From an uncultured Acidobacteriota bacterium (GTDB taxonomy: Bacteria > Acidobacteriota > Polarisedimenticolia > J045), in contig CAVPCQ010000037.1 of assembly GCA_963702425.1 (NCBI GenBank), forward strand, positions 224,001 to 288,000: a stretch of DNA of 64,000 nt. The letters run 5' to 3'. The notes below the pieces were generated by a model. That model searched no databases, had not been told where the DNA came from, and saw only the letters and a list, made by a program, of their open reading frames with translations. How positions within the stretch are numbered: the first letter of the stretch is position 1; each line of letters starts with the position of its first letter. The position numbers and the translations under genes are program-made. Of this stretch, positions 31,798 to 42,053 are shown piece by piece.

Positions 31798-32328
31798 ATG
31801 GAGCGACGCAGCGCGGCAACGGTGCCCCTGAAGTTCAAGGTGGGCGACAAGGTCGTCTACCCGAACCACGGCATCGGCGTGATCAAGGAGATCAAGGACA
31901 TCTCCTACGGTGGCACCTTGTCGACGTTCATCAGCCTGCAGATCCTGGCCACCGACAGTACCGTGATGGTCCCGGTGCAGAACAGCAAGGCGGTCGGCCT
32001 GCGCAAGCTCGTCTCGCGGGCCAAGGTGAAGCTGGTCCTGGACCGGATCAAGACCGCGACCGTCGACATCCCGCAGGACTGGAAGGGCCGCTACCAGGAG
32101 AACCAGGACAAGATGCGCTCCGGCGACATCGAACAGGTCGCCGAGGTGCTGAAGAACCTGACCTACCTGAATTCGATGAAGACCCTTTCGTACCGCGAGC
32201 GCAAGATGCTCGATCGGGCCCGGCTGCTGGTGGTGAGTGAGCTGGCCGAGGCTAGCGGGCAGATCACCGCCCGGGTCGAGGAGCAGGTCGACGAGGCGAT
32301 GTCGGACGTGCTCGCTACCAACCACTGA
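31798..32328 (+). CDS. carD: CarD-family RNA-polymerase-binding transcription factor
   Basis: FKVGDKVVYPNHGIG.I, VMVP......GLR, W..R......K..SG, LSYRERKML..AR..V.SE. Start codon uncertain (31798-31828). Confidence 0.92.
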   Translation: MERRSAATVPLKFKVGDKVVYPNHGIGVIKEIKDISYGGTLSTFISLQILATDSTVMVPVQNSKAVGLRKLVSRAKVKLVLDRIKTATVDIPQDWKGRYQENQDKMRSGDIEQVAEVLKNLTYLNSMKTLSYRERKMLDRARLLVVSELAEASGQITARVEEQVDEAMSDVLATNH

Positions 32329-32400
32329 TCCGATGCGCCGCGCCCCGGCGTGGGCCGCGGCGCACCCGTTTCCCGCGCGCCCGCTTCCCGGTTCTTCGCA

Positions 32401-34092
32401 ATGGATTCCCTCGTCCTCTTCGCCCTGTTTCCGCTGATCGTCCGCCGCACCGCCGGGCGGGTCGTGGCGCGCGTCTTCCCGGTCGGGCGGCGCGGGCTGC
32501 ACCTCGAGTTCGACGGCGAGGGGCCCGGGCTGCGCCTCGATACGGCGCCCGGCCGTGGCGTGGCGCTGCTGCTCCGGGACGCGCCGCCGCGGGTGCGCGG
32601 CGGCCGCGGCGCTTGGCCGGACGTTGTGGCCGCCCTCGACCGCGACCTCGCAGGCCGACGAGCGGGCACGCCGCGGGTCGCGGGGGCACCTCCAGCGCTC
32701 GAGTGGACCGTGCCCGGAGGGGCGCAGCTCCATCTCGTCTGCGGGCGCGAGGGGGGCGCGCTCCGGGCCGAGTCGGTCGGGGGGCCGCCGCGCACGCTGC
32801 CGGAAGGGCGGCGCGAGCCGCGGCTCGACGAAACGTCCTTCCGCGACGACCTCCAACGACTCGCGGCCGACTGGCGCGCGGCGCTCCCGGGCCCCCCCGA
32901 CCAGTTGGTCGCGCGCCTCGCCGGTGCGAGCGCGGAATGCGGCGCGTCGGGCGTCGAACGGCTCGTCGCGCGCGCGCGGCGGACGGTGGATGCCGGCGCC
33001 GCGCTCACCGGCATCGCCGCGCGCCTCGAAGGAGAGGACGCGCCGGCGTCGGTCTCCGGATTCGTACGCGGGCCGGAGCCGCCGCGGGCCTCGTGGCGCG
33101 GGTCGCTGCGGATCGAGCTGATCGTCGACCCGGGGGCGGGAGACGAGGAGATGGCTTGCGCGGACCTCCCGGCCGCGCTCGAACTCTGGTACCGCGCCGC
33201 CCTCGCCGCGGAGGAACTGGGCTCGCGGCGCGATGCGGCGGAGCGGCTCGCGCGGCGCGAACTCGAGAAGACGCGACGTGCGGTCCTGGCGGTGACCCGC
33301 GACGAGGCGGGCGCCCGGCCGGCAGCCGAGCTGCGGCGCCTGGCCGACGCGCTGCTCGCGGCCGGCCCGCAGGCGCGGAAGCTCCCCGCAGGTGCGTGGC
33401 AGGTGCCCGATCCCTGGGACCCGTCGCGCACGCTCGAGATCGCCGCCGAGCCGCCGGGTGCGTCACTCCACGCGGCCGCCGCGCGGCTCTACGCGCGAGC
33501 CCGCCGGGAGGAACGCGGACGCAGCGCGCGGGCGGCGCGGCGGGCCCAGCTGGAGGCCCGGGCCGGGACCCTCGAGCGCCTCCTCGCATGCGCGGCATCA
33601 GCTGACGTCGAGCCGGAGATCGCGGCGCTGGAGGAGGAGCTGCGGCGGCTCGGCGTCGCCGCCGGCCGCGAGCTGGCCGCGATCTCGGCGAGCCGCGCAC
33701 CCGGTGCGGAAGGCGGAGGGGCCCGCCTGCGGCGCTCGCCGGCCGGGTTCCTCGTGCTCGCCGGCCGCTCGGCGCGGCAGAACGACGCGTTGACCTTCCG
33801 CACCGCCGCTCCGGACGACCTGTGGTTCCACGTTCGCGGCCGCCCCGGGGCGCACGTCGTCCTGCGCACGGAGGGGAAGCCGGTTCCCGAGGCGGACCAG
33901 CTGTTCGCCGCCGGACTGGCGGCGTCGCTGAGCGGGGTTCCGCGCGGGGAGGCGGTGGAGGTCACCGTCGCCCGGCGCAAGCACCTGCGGCGTCCCCGGG
34001 GTGGAACGGAGGGGCAGGTCCTCGTCCACCGGTCCGAGACCGTCCGGGTGCGGGCCGGGGATGAGGGGCCGCCGCCTGCGGATTCTCGCTGA
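32401..34092 (+). CDS. NFACT-family (RqcH/FbpA-like) protein with a divergent N-terminal domain
   Basis: Coiled-coil middle region. NFACT-R motif GRSARQNDALT...A.PDDLWFHV...PGAHVVL. Confidence 0.75.
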   Translation: MDSLVLFALFPLIVRRTAGRVVARVFPVGRRGLHLEFDGEGPGLRLDTAPGRGVALLLRDAPPRVRGGRGAWPDVVAALDRDLAGRRAGTPRVAGAPPALEWTVPGGAQLHLVCGREGGALRAESVGGPPRTLPEGRREPRLDETSFRDDLQRLAADWRAALPGPPDQLVARLAGASAECGASGVERLVARARRTVDAGAALTGIAARLEGEDAPASVSGFVRGPEPPRASWRGSLRIELIVDPGAGDEEMACADLPAALELWYRAALAAEELGSRRDAAERLARRELEKTRRAVLAVTRDEAGARPAAELRRLADALLAAGPQARKLPAGAWQVPDPWDPSRTLEIAAEPPGASLHAAAARLYARARREERGRSARAARRAQLEARAGTLERLLACAASADVEPEIAALEEELRRLGVAAGRELAAISASRAPGAEGGGARLRRSPAGFLVLAGRSARQNDALTFRTAAPDDLWFHVRGRPGAHVVLRTEGKPVPEADQLFAAGLAASLSGVPRGEAVEVTVARRKHLRRPRGGTEGQVLVHRSETVRVRAGDEGPPPADSR

Positions 34093-34166
34093 TCCCCGCC
34101 GGATCACGGAAATCGGACATTCGATCGCGCGGAGGCGGGCGCGGATCGGCGGGAACAGCCTCCTGA

Positions 34167-34195
34167 TTGACCTTTCCGGAGCGGCAAACTATCGT
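34167..34195 (+). promoter_or_regulatory. Sigma-70-type promoter for the flippase-nrdR-hsp20-lon unit
   Basis: TTGACC-N17-TATCGT. Confidence 0.55.
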
Positions 34196-34252
34196 CCCCG
34201 CGAGGCGGATCGGACGGTGGCGAACCGCCGTGCGCGAACCGCTGGAGACGCC

Positions 34253-35296
34253 GTGCTGCGCAAGGTCCTCACCTGGTCGTCGGGCCCGATCCTCGCCGCC
34301 TTCTTTCTCTGGCTGGCGTTTCGAGGCGTCAGCCTGGCGCAGCTCGGATCCCACCTGAAAGAGGCCTCCTGGCCGCTCGTCGGCCTGACGATGCTCCTCG
34401 TCCTGGGCCATCTCGCGCTCCGCTCGCTGCGCTGGCGCACCCTGCTCGACCCGGTGCGCCCCCGCCTGCCGTTCGACGCGCTGATGTCCGCGACGACCGT
34501 CGGCTACATGGCCTCGCTGCTCCCGGGCCGCGTCGGCGAGGTGCTGCGCCCGATCCTGCTCTCGCGGCGCACCGGCACGCCGCTCGCGCCCGCGATCGCG
34601 ACCGTCGGCGTCGAGCGCGTCGTCCTCGACGTGCTCGGGATTCTCGGCTGCGGCGGGCTCGCGCTCGTGCTCCCGTCGCGCCTCACCGCGATCGGCACCG
34701 GAGCCGACCCGGCGCTGCTGGCGACGCTGCGCGTCTGGGGGGCCGCGCTGTTCGTCTTCGCGATCGCGGGCCTCGTCATCGCCTCGCTCGTGGCGCGTCA
34801 CCGCGAGCGGGTCACGCGGTGGATCGACGACTTCTCCGCCCGGACCCGGTCGGGCCTGCCGCGGAAAGCGCTGGGCCTGTTCGCCAGCCTGCTGCCCGGG
34901 CTGGACTCCTTCGCCACGCTGCGCGGCGTCTTGCTCCTGGTCGCCGAGACCGCGGCCGTCTGGGGCCTCATCGCGGTCGGCAACTGGTGCGGAATGCGCG
35001 CCGCGGGGATCGACATCCCGCTCTTCGGGGCGATGGTCCTGATCCCGATCCTCGCGGTCGGGATCGGAATTCCTACCCCGGGCGGGACGGGGACCTTCCA
35101 CTTCGCGATGAAGCTCGGCCTGACCCAGATCTTCGGCGTGTCGGCCGACGCCGCGCTCGGCGCGGCGCTGCTGGTCCACGCGATGACGTGGCTCCCGGTG
35201 CTCGCCGCGGGGGCGCTCTACGTCGCGCGCGGCGCGCTGCGCCGTCCCGAGGCGGAATCGGAGTCCGCCCTCCCGGCGACGGAGGCCGCGCCGTGA
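34253..35296 (+). CDS. Lysylphosphatidylglycerol synthase TM / flippase-like membrane protein (UPF0104)
   Basis: GTG 34253 after ggag. Motifs RSLRW..LL, LPGRVGEVLR, ER.VLD, PTPGG.G.FH. Confidence 0.85.
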   Translation: MLRKVLTWSSGPILAAFFLWLAFRGVSLAQLGSHLKEASWPLVGLTMLLVLGHLALRSLRWRTLLDPVRPRLPFDALMSATTVGYMASLLPGRVGEVLRPILLSRRTGTPLAPAIATVGVERVVLDVLGILGCGGLALVLPSRLTAIGTGADPALLATLRVWGAALFVFAIAGLVIASLVARHRERVTRWIDDFSARTRSGLPRKALGLFASLLPGLDSFATLRGVLLLVAETAAVWGLIAVGNWCGMRAAGIDIPLFGAMVLIPILAVGIGIPTPGGTGTFHFAMKLGLTQIFGVSADAALGAALLVHAMTWLPVLAAGALYVARGALRRPEAESESALPATEAAP

Positions 35297-35772
35297 AGTG
35301 CCCCTACTGCGGCGAGGTGAACGACCGCGTGATCGATTCGCGCGAGGGTCAGGGCGGGGACTTCATCCGCCGCCGGCGCGAGTGCCTGGTCTGCCACCGT
35401 CGCTTCACTTCCTACGAGCGGATCGAAGAGGCGCCGGCGATGGTGGTCAAGAAGGACGGCCGTCGCGAGCTGTTCGACCGGCGCAAGCTGATGGACGGCC
35501 TGGTCAAGGCATGCAGCAAGCGCCCGGTCAGCCCCCGGGCGCTGGAGGAGATCGTGGACGAGATCTCGGCGATGGTCGCCGAATCGCCCGACCGCGAGAT
35601 GCCGACCGAGGCGATCGGCCGGCGCGTGATGGACGGGCTCCGCGAGCTCGACAAGGTGGCCTACGTGCGGTTCGCGTCGGTCTACCGCCGCTTCGAGGAC
35701 GTCGAGGAGTTCCTCGACGAGCTGCGCAGCCTCGTCGGTCCCGGCGGAGCGCGGAACAGGGAGGGTCGATGA
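35293..35772 (+). CDS. nrdR: Transcriptional repressor NrdR
   Basis: MKCPYC...DRVIDSR...IRRRREC..C..RFTSYER, ATP-cone VVKKDGRRE.FDR.K, LDKVAYVRFASVYR.F. Confidence 0.96.
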   Translation: MKCPYCGEVNDRVIDSREGQGGDFIRRRRECLVCHRRFTSYERIEEAPAMVVKKDGRRELFDRRKLMDGLVKACSKRPVSPRALEEIVDEISAMVAESPDREMPTEAIGRRVMDGLRELDKVAYVRFASVYRRFEDVEEFLDELRSLVGPGGARNREGR

Positions 35773-36221
35773 TCGGGAAGGGGACTGGCGCCCAGCTCGA
35801 GGTAGCGCGGATCCAGAGCGAGATCAACCGGATGTTCGAGTCCCTGCTCCGGCTCCGCAGCGGCGGGACCGAGGAGGGGACCTGGACGCCGGCGGTGGAC
35901 ATGATGGAGTCGCCCTCCCATCTCGTGATCGAGGCCGAGGTGCCGGGCGTCGACCCGGCCTCGGTCGAGGTCGTCGCCGAGGGGGGCAGCCTGGTGCTGA
36001 CCGGCGAGCGCCGCCTGTCGAGCGCGCGGGCGGACGACGGTGCCGAGGTCCTGCACGACGAGCGCGAGTACGGCCGCTTCCTGGTCGCGGTGCCGCTGGC
36101 GACGGCGGTCAACACGCACGAAGCCCGGGCCACGCTGGCCCAGGGCCTGCTGCGGATCGAGATGCCGAAGGTGCCGAATCGCCGCGGCCAGGCGCGACGG
36201 ATCGCGGTCGACGTGGCCTGA
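35769..36221 (+). CDS. Hsp20/alpha-crystallin small heat-shock protein
   Basis: W.PAVD..E, EVPGV, L.L.GER, ER.YG.F...V.L, A.L..GLL.I.MPK. Confidence 0.9.
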   Translation: MIGKGTGAQLEVARIQSEINRMFESLLRLRSGGTEEGTWTPAVDMMESPSHLVIEAEVPGVDPASVEVVAEGGSLVLTGERRLSSARADDGAEVLHDEREYGRFLVAVPLATAVNTHEARATLAQGLLRIEMPKVPNRRGQARRIAVDVA

Positions 36222-36248
36222 CGGGGCCGGGCGAGGGGGCGCTTGACG

Positions 36249-38810
36249 ATGGTCGTCGATCAGTCGAAGGAGCCGGTCCGGATCCCGGGGCAGTTGCCGG
36301 TGCTGCCGTTGCGCGACATGGTCGTCTACCCGTTCATCATCGCGCCGCTCTCGATCGCGCGGCGCTCGTCGATCCGCGCGGTGGACAAGGCGCTGGCCGA
36401 AAACCGCATGGTCCTGCTGCTGACGCAGCGCGACCGCGACGAGGACAACCCGGGCGTCGGCGACCTCTACCCGGTCGGCACGGTCGCGGTCATCATGCGG
36501 ATGCTCAAGCTGCCGGATGAGCGGATCCGCGTGCTGGTCCAGGGGGTCTGCCGCGCGAAGGTCAAGGCGCTCGACGGCGGTGTCCCGTACCTCGTGGCTC
36601 AGGTCGAGCCGCTGCTCGAGGCGCCCCGCGTGCCGGACGAGAACGAGGACTCGCTCGAGTGCGAAGCGCTGATGCGAACCGTCAAGAAGGCGCTCGAGCG
36701 CGGCGTGAACCTCGGCAAGAACCTCCCCTCGGAAGTGCAGGTCATCGCCTCCAACCTCGAGGACCCGGGACGGCTGGCCGACCTGGTGGCGAGCAACCTC
36801 GAGCTCGAGGCGCCCGCCGCGCAGAGCGTGCTGGAGCTGGTCGACCCGGTGGAGCGGCTGCGGCTGGTGGCGCAGCAGCTCAAGCGCGAGCTCGACCTGC
36901 TGTCGATGCAGCACGAGATCGACTCGCTGGCCCGCGACGAGATCGACCGCAGCCAGCGCGAGTACTACCTGCGCCAGCAGATGAAGGCGATCCGGAGCGA
37001 GCTGGGCGAGGGCTCCGAGACCGAGGAGGAGATCGAGGAGATCCGCGAGAAGATCAAGGGGCGCGAGCTCCCGGAGCCCGTGCGCGAGGAGATCGAGCGC
37101 GAGCTGCGACGGCTCGAGCGGATGCACCCCGACGCGGCCGAGACGGCGACCATCCGGCATCACCTCGAGTGGCTGGTCGAGCTGCCGTGGGATGTCGCGA
37201 CCGAGGACGCGATCGACCTCAAGGAAGCGCAGCGGGTGCTCGACGCCGACCACTACGGCCTCGATCCGGTCAAGGAGCGGATCGTCGAGTACCTCGCGGT
37301 GCGCAAGCTCAAGCCCGAGCACAAGGGGCCGATCTTGTGCTTCGTCGGGCCCCCGGGCGTCGGCAAGACCTCGCTGGGTCGGTCGATCGCGCGGGCCGTC
37401 GGCCGGAAGTTCGTGCGCGTCTCGCTCGGCGGCGTGCGCGACGAGGCGGAGATCCGCGGCCATCGAAGGACCTACATCGGCTCGATGCCGGGGCGGATCG
37501 TGCAGTCGATCCGGCAGGCCGGCTCGCGCAACCCGGTGATGATGCTCGACGAGGTCGACAAGCTGGCCAACGACTTCCGCGGCGACCCCCAGGCGGCACT
37601 GCTCGAGGTGCTCGATCCGGAGCAGAACAACGGCTTCCGCGACCACTACCTCGGGATCCCGTTCGACCTCTCGCAGGTGCTGTTCATCGCCACCGCGAAC
37701 CTGATGGACACGATCCACCCCGCCTTCCGCGACCGGATGGAAGTGATCCGGATCCCGGGCTACACGGAGGAGGAGAAGCTCGAGATCGCGCGCCGCCACC
37801 TGATCCCCAAGCAGCTCGGTGAGAACGGCCTGGGCGACACCGAGATGAGCTTCTCGGACGGTGCGCTGCGCGAGCTGATCGCGCGCTACACGCGCGAGGC
37901 GGGGCTGCGCAACCTCGAGCGCCGGATCGCCGCGATCTGCCGCAAGGCGGCGCGCAAGGTCGCCGAGGGCGGCAAGGCACCGTCGCGCGTCGCGGCCTCG
38001 TCGATCGAGGTCTATCTCGGCCCGCCGCCGCCCCAGGCCGAGGAGAAGCTCGAGGGCTCGCTGACCGGCGTTGCGACCGGCCTGGCCTGGACCGCCGCCG
38101 GCGGCGACGTGCTCTACGTCGAGGCGATCAAGATGCGCGGGAAGGGGCGGCTGACCCTGACCGGCCAGCTCGGCGGTGTGATGAAGGAGTCGGCGCAGGC
38201 CGCGCTCTCCTGGGCCCGCAGCCACGCTGCCGCGATCGGAATCCCCGAATCGGCCTTCAGCGAGTTCGACCTGCACGTCCACGTGCCGGAGGGGGCGATC
38301 CCCAAGGACGGGCCGTCGGCCGGGATCACGATCGGCACCGCGATGGTGTCGGTCCTCTCCGAGCGCCCCGTGCGCCGCGACGTCGCGATGACGGGCGAGA
38401 TCACGCTGCGCGGCCGGGTGCTGCCGATCGGCGGCCTGAAGGAGAAGGTCCTCGCCGCGCGCCGTGCGGGTGCACGGGAAGTGATCCTGCCGAAGGCCAA
38501 CGAGAAGGAACTGAGCGAGCTGCCCAAGGGGGTCGCCGAGGAACTGCGCTTCCACGCGGTCGAGGGGATGGAGGAGGTGCTGCCGCTCGTGCTGGCGCAG
38601 GCGCCCCCGGAGCCGCCGCCGGCCGCGGCGTCCGCGCTGCCTGCGGGGACGACGGTCGCCATCGGTGACGGGAGCGACGAGACGGACGAAGCGCCGGTCA
38701 ACGAGGAGGTCGAGGCGCGGGGGCGGTCGAGAGCGCCCTCCCGAGCTTCCGGCACAGGCGGCCCAGTTCCACCTGCTCGCCGGTGCGGAGCGCGCCCATC
38801 GCGTCCGTGA
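36249..38810 (+). CDS. lon: ATP-dependent Lon protease
   Basis: LPVLPLRD, Walker [29 protein letters not shown], catalytic PKDGPSAG and IGGLKEK. Start may be TTG 36243 or ATG 36249. Confidence 0.97.
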   Translation: MVVDQSKEPVRIPGQLPVLPLRDMVVYPFIIAPLSIARRSSIRAVDKALAENRMVLLLTQRDRDEDNPGVGDLYPVGTVAVIMRMLKLPDERIRVLVQGVCRAKVKALDGGVPYLVAQVEPLLEAPRVPDENEDSLECEALMRTVKKALERGVNLGKNLPSEVQVIASNLEDPGRLADLVASNLELEAPAAQSVLELVDPVERLRLVAQQLKRELDLLSMQHEIDSLARDEIDRSQREYYLRQQMKAIRSELGEGSETEEEIEEIREKIKGRELPEPVREEIERELRRLERMHPDAAETATIRHHLEWLVELPWDVATEDAIDLKEAQRVLDADHYGLDPVKERIVEYLAVRKLKPEHKGPILCFVGPPGVGKTSLGRSIARAVGRKFVRVSLGGVRDEAEIRGHRRTYIGSMPGRIVQSIRQAGSRNPVMMLDEVDKLANDFRGDPQAALLEVLDPEQNNGFRDHYLGIPFDLSQVLFIATANLMDTIHPAFRDRMEVIRIPGYTEEEKLEIARRHLIPKQLGENGLGDTEMSFSDGALRELIARYTREAGLRNLERRIAAICRKAARKVAEGGKAPSRVAASSIEVYLGPPPPQAEEKLEGSLTGVATGLAWTAAGGDVLYVEAIKMRGKGRLTLTGQLGGVMKESAQAALSWARSHAAAIGIPESAFSEFDLHVHVPEGAIPKDGPSAGITIGTAMVSVLSERPVRRDVAMTGEITLRGRVLPIGGLKEKVLAARRAGAREVILPKANEKELSELPKGVAEELRFHAVEGMEEVLPLVLAQAPPEPPPAAASALPAGTTVAIGDGSDETDEAPVNEEVEARGRSRAPSRASGTGGPVPPARRCGARPSRP

Positions 38811-39174
38811 TCCGCTTCGCGTGGGACGGAAAGACCCGCGCGATCAGCTTCCGGCCGGCCGCCGTCAGGTAGACCGTCACGAAGCGGCGATCGGTCGCCT
38901 CACGGACCCGCTCGACGAGCCCGCGCTTCTCGAGGTTGTCCACCACGAGCGTGATGTTCCCCCCCGAAGTGAGCAGCTTGTCGCCGATCTCGCGCTGACA
39001 CAGGGGCCCCTTGTGGTAGAGCACCTCGAGCACGCCGAACTGCGTCTCGGTCAGCTCGTGCTCGAGGAGCCGCGGAACGAGCCGGGCGCGCAACGTGTTC
39101 GTTGCGCGCAACAGCTTGACGAAGGTGTCGAGCGCGCGCGTCTCGGCGGCGCTCACCGCCTGCCTGGTGACCAC
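38698..39174 (-). CDS. MarR-family transcriptional regulator
   Basis: [43 protein letters not shown].....DRR...V.LT..G. Probable GTG start at 39174. Confidence 0.9.
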   Translation of the reverse strand: MVTRQAVSAAETRALDTFVKLLRATNTLRARLVPRLLEHELTETQFGVLEVLYHKGPLCQREIGDKLLTSGGNITLVVDNLEKRGLVERVREATDRRFVTVYLTAAGRKLIARVFPSHAKRITDAMGALRTGEQVELGRLCRKLGRALSTAPAPRPPR

Positions 39175-39290
39175 GTCCGGACCCTCCCCGGAGGACGCCC
39201 GCGTCGTTCCGGTCCGCAAGATTCCACGTTGAACGATATCATTCCGAACGACCTGGGCGCGGGCAGGATGCGCGCGTGCCCGTTCCCGGA

Positions 39291-41924
39291 CTACCGCACC
39301 AGGCCCTCGACGGCGAAGAGGGTCGAGGGGTTCGAGGCATGGCTGTAACAGAAGGTCTTGCCGTCCGGCGTCAGGTGGATGATCGCGGCGTCCCCCCCGC
39401 CGACGAGCGAGTCCGCATCCTTCCGAGTGGAGACGACCTTCGAGGCCCCGGAGACGAGGTCGAAGCTCAGCAGCTCGAGCCGGTCCTCGTTCCTCCGGCC
39501 GACCAGCAGGGACTTCCCGTCGGGGACGAAAGCCAGCGGGAGCCCCTTCTCCGATCCGGCCAGCCGGCGCGGCGCGCCGTTGTCGAGCGGGAAGACCGAC
39601 ACGCCCCCGTCGGGGTCTCGCGCCGCGACCGAGCCTCCGTCGGGGCTCACCAGGACCTTCGCCAGCCCGCCGCCCAGCGAACCTTCGGCCGTGACCGGCA
39701 CCGCCGTTCCGCCGGCGAGCGGGACGCGCCACAGGCGCACCGCCTCGCCGGTGCGGTTCCCCGAGAGCAGCAGGGCCTGCCCGTCCGGGTACCAGTGAAC
39801 CTCGCCGATCGACGCCAGGCCCTGGACCGGCAGCGTGCGCGCCGGACCGACGCCGGTCGGCAGCAGGGCCACCCGCGGCTCGCCGCCGAGGAGGACCGAG
39901 GCGACCAGCCTGCCGTCGGGCGAGAGACTGCTGCCCGCGCCCTCGCCGAGGCGCACAGCCGGGCCGCCGTCGGTCGGCTTGAGATAGACCGAATAGCCCG
40001 GCCCGCCGCCTTCGCCACTCTCCACGATCACGGCCTGCTTGCCGTCGGCCGAGAGGTCCGTGATCAGCGAAAGGTCGAGCACCGAGATGTCCTTCGGCCG
40101 CTCGTCCCCCTCGACCAGGCAGGCCGCGCGCATCCGCCTTTCGGTCGTGGCGAGCAGGACGCGCCCGTCGCGGCCGATGTCCTCGAGCCGCAGCGACTGC
40201 GGCGCGGCGTACATCCGCTCCGGCTCGTCGTCCTTCCCGAGCCCGACGCGGTAGAGTGCGGCCATTCCGCCCATCCGGGTGCCCGAGAACCAGACAGCAT
40301 CCCCCGCCGGGTCGAAGGCGAGCCCCGTGAGGCTTGCCCAGCTGTCCGAGAGGACCCGCTTCTTTCCGTCCCTCGCCACCAGCGCGACCGCGCCTCGGTC
40401 GTCGCCGCGGATCGGGTGGTCGAGGAAGGCGACGCCAGTTCCGTCCGGCGCGACGCGGAGGCTGCTGATCAGTCCCGCCGTCTCGTAGAGCAGCGTGCCG
40501 AGCGGGTACTCGAGCCGGACCTTCCCGTCGGCGATCCGCAGTGCGGCGATCTCACGCCCCTCGGGGCCCCAGTCGGCCTCGTACACGGAGTCCGCAACCG
40601 GGCGCGGGGCGCCGCCGCCGAGCGGCATGCGCGCGATCACGGCGCCGCCGTCCCCGTCGCCGTCCTTGGCGTTGGCCTGGAAGAGGAGGAGTTCGTCGGT
40701 GGCGGGGGAGAGGGCCGCGATCCCGGTCTTGGGCATCCCCAGCGAGCGCGACTCGGGGCTGTCGTCGCGCACCGTGTAGACCTGGTTGGGCTCGCCGCCG
40801 AAGGTCCCGCCGTAGACCACGGTGTGGCCGTCCCGCGCGAAACGCGCGTTGCCGACGAACCCGCTGCGATAGGTGAGCTGGTGGAACGCCGGCACCCCCG
40901 GCTGCGGCGCGCGCTGATCGCCGACCAGGCACATCCCCAGCGGGATCCCGGCCGCGACCAGCAGCGCGATCCGTCCCCAGCGCCTCCAGCGCGGCACCGC
41001 TGCGGGCGCGCCCGCGCTCGCAGCCGGCGGCTCGATCCCCGACACGACCGTCGTTCCGGAGGTTCCGCTGATCGCTTCGAGAGCGAACGCGAGGTCGCGC
41101 GCCGACTGGAACCGCTCGTCGGGTCGTTTCTCGAGGCAGCGGCGCACGATCCGGTCGAGAGCGGGGGAAGCCGCCGGGGCCGAGATCGACAGTTCGGGGG
41201 GCTCCTCCCGAATGATCGCCGAGAGCGTTTCGACCGGGCTGCTGCCCTTGAAGGCGCGCCGACCGGCGACCATCTCGTAAAGGATCGCGCCGAGCGAGAA
41301 GATGTCGGAGCGGCCGTCGGCCGGCAGGCCACGCGCCTGCTCGGGCGACATGTACCCTACGGTGCCGAGGATCCAGCCCGGCGTCGTCGCGTCCGGAACG
41401 CGGGTCGGCGCCTCGGAGGTTCCTTCCTCCAGCGCGGCGGCCTGAACCAGCTTGGCCAGCCCGAAGTCGAGGATCTTGACGTGGCCGGTGCGGGTCAGGA
41501 AGAGGTTGTCGGGCTTGAGATCGCGGTGAACGATCCCCTTCTCGTGCGCCGCCGCGAGCCCCTGTGCCACGAGCAGCGCGGTGTCGGTGGCGCGGCGCGG
41601 CCCGAGCGGTCCCTCGTCCAGCCGGTCCCGCAGCGACAGCCCCTCCAGCAGCTCGGTCACGATGTATGGCGTTTCGATCTCGGTGCCGATGTCGTAGACG
41701 GTCAGGATCGACGGGTGGTTGAGCGACCCGGCCGCGCGGGCTTCCTGCAGGAAGCGCCGCATCCGTTCCGGATCCCGGGCGAACGAGGCCGGCAGGACCT
41801 TGATCGCGACCTCACGACCGAGCCGCGGGTCCCGCGCCTTGTAGACCTCTCCCATGCCGCCGGCGCCGAGCGTGCTCAACACCTCGTACGGTCCGATCTG
41901 CTGCCCCGAGCTGAAAGCCGTCAT
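39291..41924 (-). CDS. Ser/Thr protein kinase with TM segment and TolB/PD40-like beta-propeller
   Basis: LGAGGMGEVYKARD, HRDLKPDN, DFGLAK, GTVGYMSPEQ, followed by SPDG/ADG repeats. Confidence 0.95.
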   Translation of the reverse strand: MTAFSSGQQIGPYEVLSTLGAGGMGEVYKARDPRLGREVAIKVLPASFARDPERMRRFLQEARAAGSLNHPSILTVYDIGTEIETPYIVTELLEGLSLRDRLDEGPLGPRRATDTALLVAQGLAAAHEKGIVHRDLKPDNLFLTRTGHVKILDFGLAKLVQAAALEEGTSEAPTRVPDATTPGWILGTVGYMSPEQARGLPADGRSDIFSLGAILYEMVAGRRAFKGSSPVETLSAIIREEPPELSISAPAASPALDRIVRRCLEKRPDERFQSARDLAFALEAISGTSGTTVVSGIEPPAASAGAPAAVPRWRRWGRIALLVAAGIPLGMCLVGDQRAPQPGVPAFHQLTYRSGFVGNARFARDGHTVVYGGTFGGEPNQVYTVRDDSPESRSLGMPKTGIAALSPATDELLLFQANAKDGDGDGGAVIARMPLGGGAPRPVADSVYEADWGPEGREIAALRIADGKVRLEYPLGTLLYETAGLISSLRVAPDGTGVAFLDHPIRGDDRGAVALVARDGKKRVLSDSWASLTGLAFDPAGDAVWFSGTRMGGMAALYRVGLGKDDEPERMYAAPQSLRLEDIGRDGRVLLATTERRMRAACLVEGDERPKDISVLDLSLITDLSADGKQAVIVESGEGGGPGYSVYLKPTDGGPAVRLGEGAGSSLSPDGRLVASVLLGGEPRVALLPTGVGPARTLPVQGLASIGEVHWYPDGQALLLSGNRTGEAVRLWRVPLAGGTAVPVTAEGSLGGGLAKVLVSPDGGSVAARDPDGGVSVFPLDNGAPRRLAGSEKGLPLAFVPDGKSLLVGRRNEDRLELLSFDLVSGASKVVSTRKDADSLVGGGDAAIIHLTPDGKTFCYSHASNPSTLFAVEGLVR

Positions 41925-41932
41925 GGAGCCGG

Positions 41933-41938
41933 ATGATA
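41933..41938 (-). promoter_or_regulatory. -10 hexamer TATCAT 8 nt before the kinase ATG (probable leaderless mRNA)
   Basis: Minus strand reads TATCAT-ccggctcc-ATG with no SD sequence. Confidence 0.45.
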
Positions 41939-42053
41939 CCGGAGGTCGGGCAGGTCGGCGGCGAGCGCCGGTCGGCCCGCGACGAGTGGTTGACCCCGGT
42001 CGACGAACGACGTCCGCGGGTGCGGTGCGGGCCGGGTCGGGGCTGGCGGTCGG

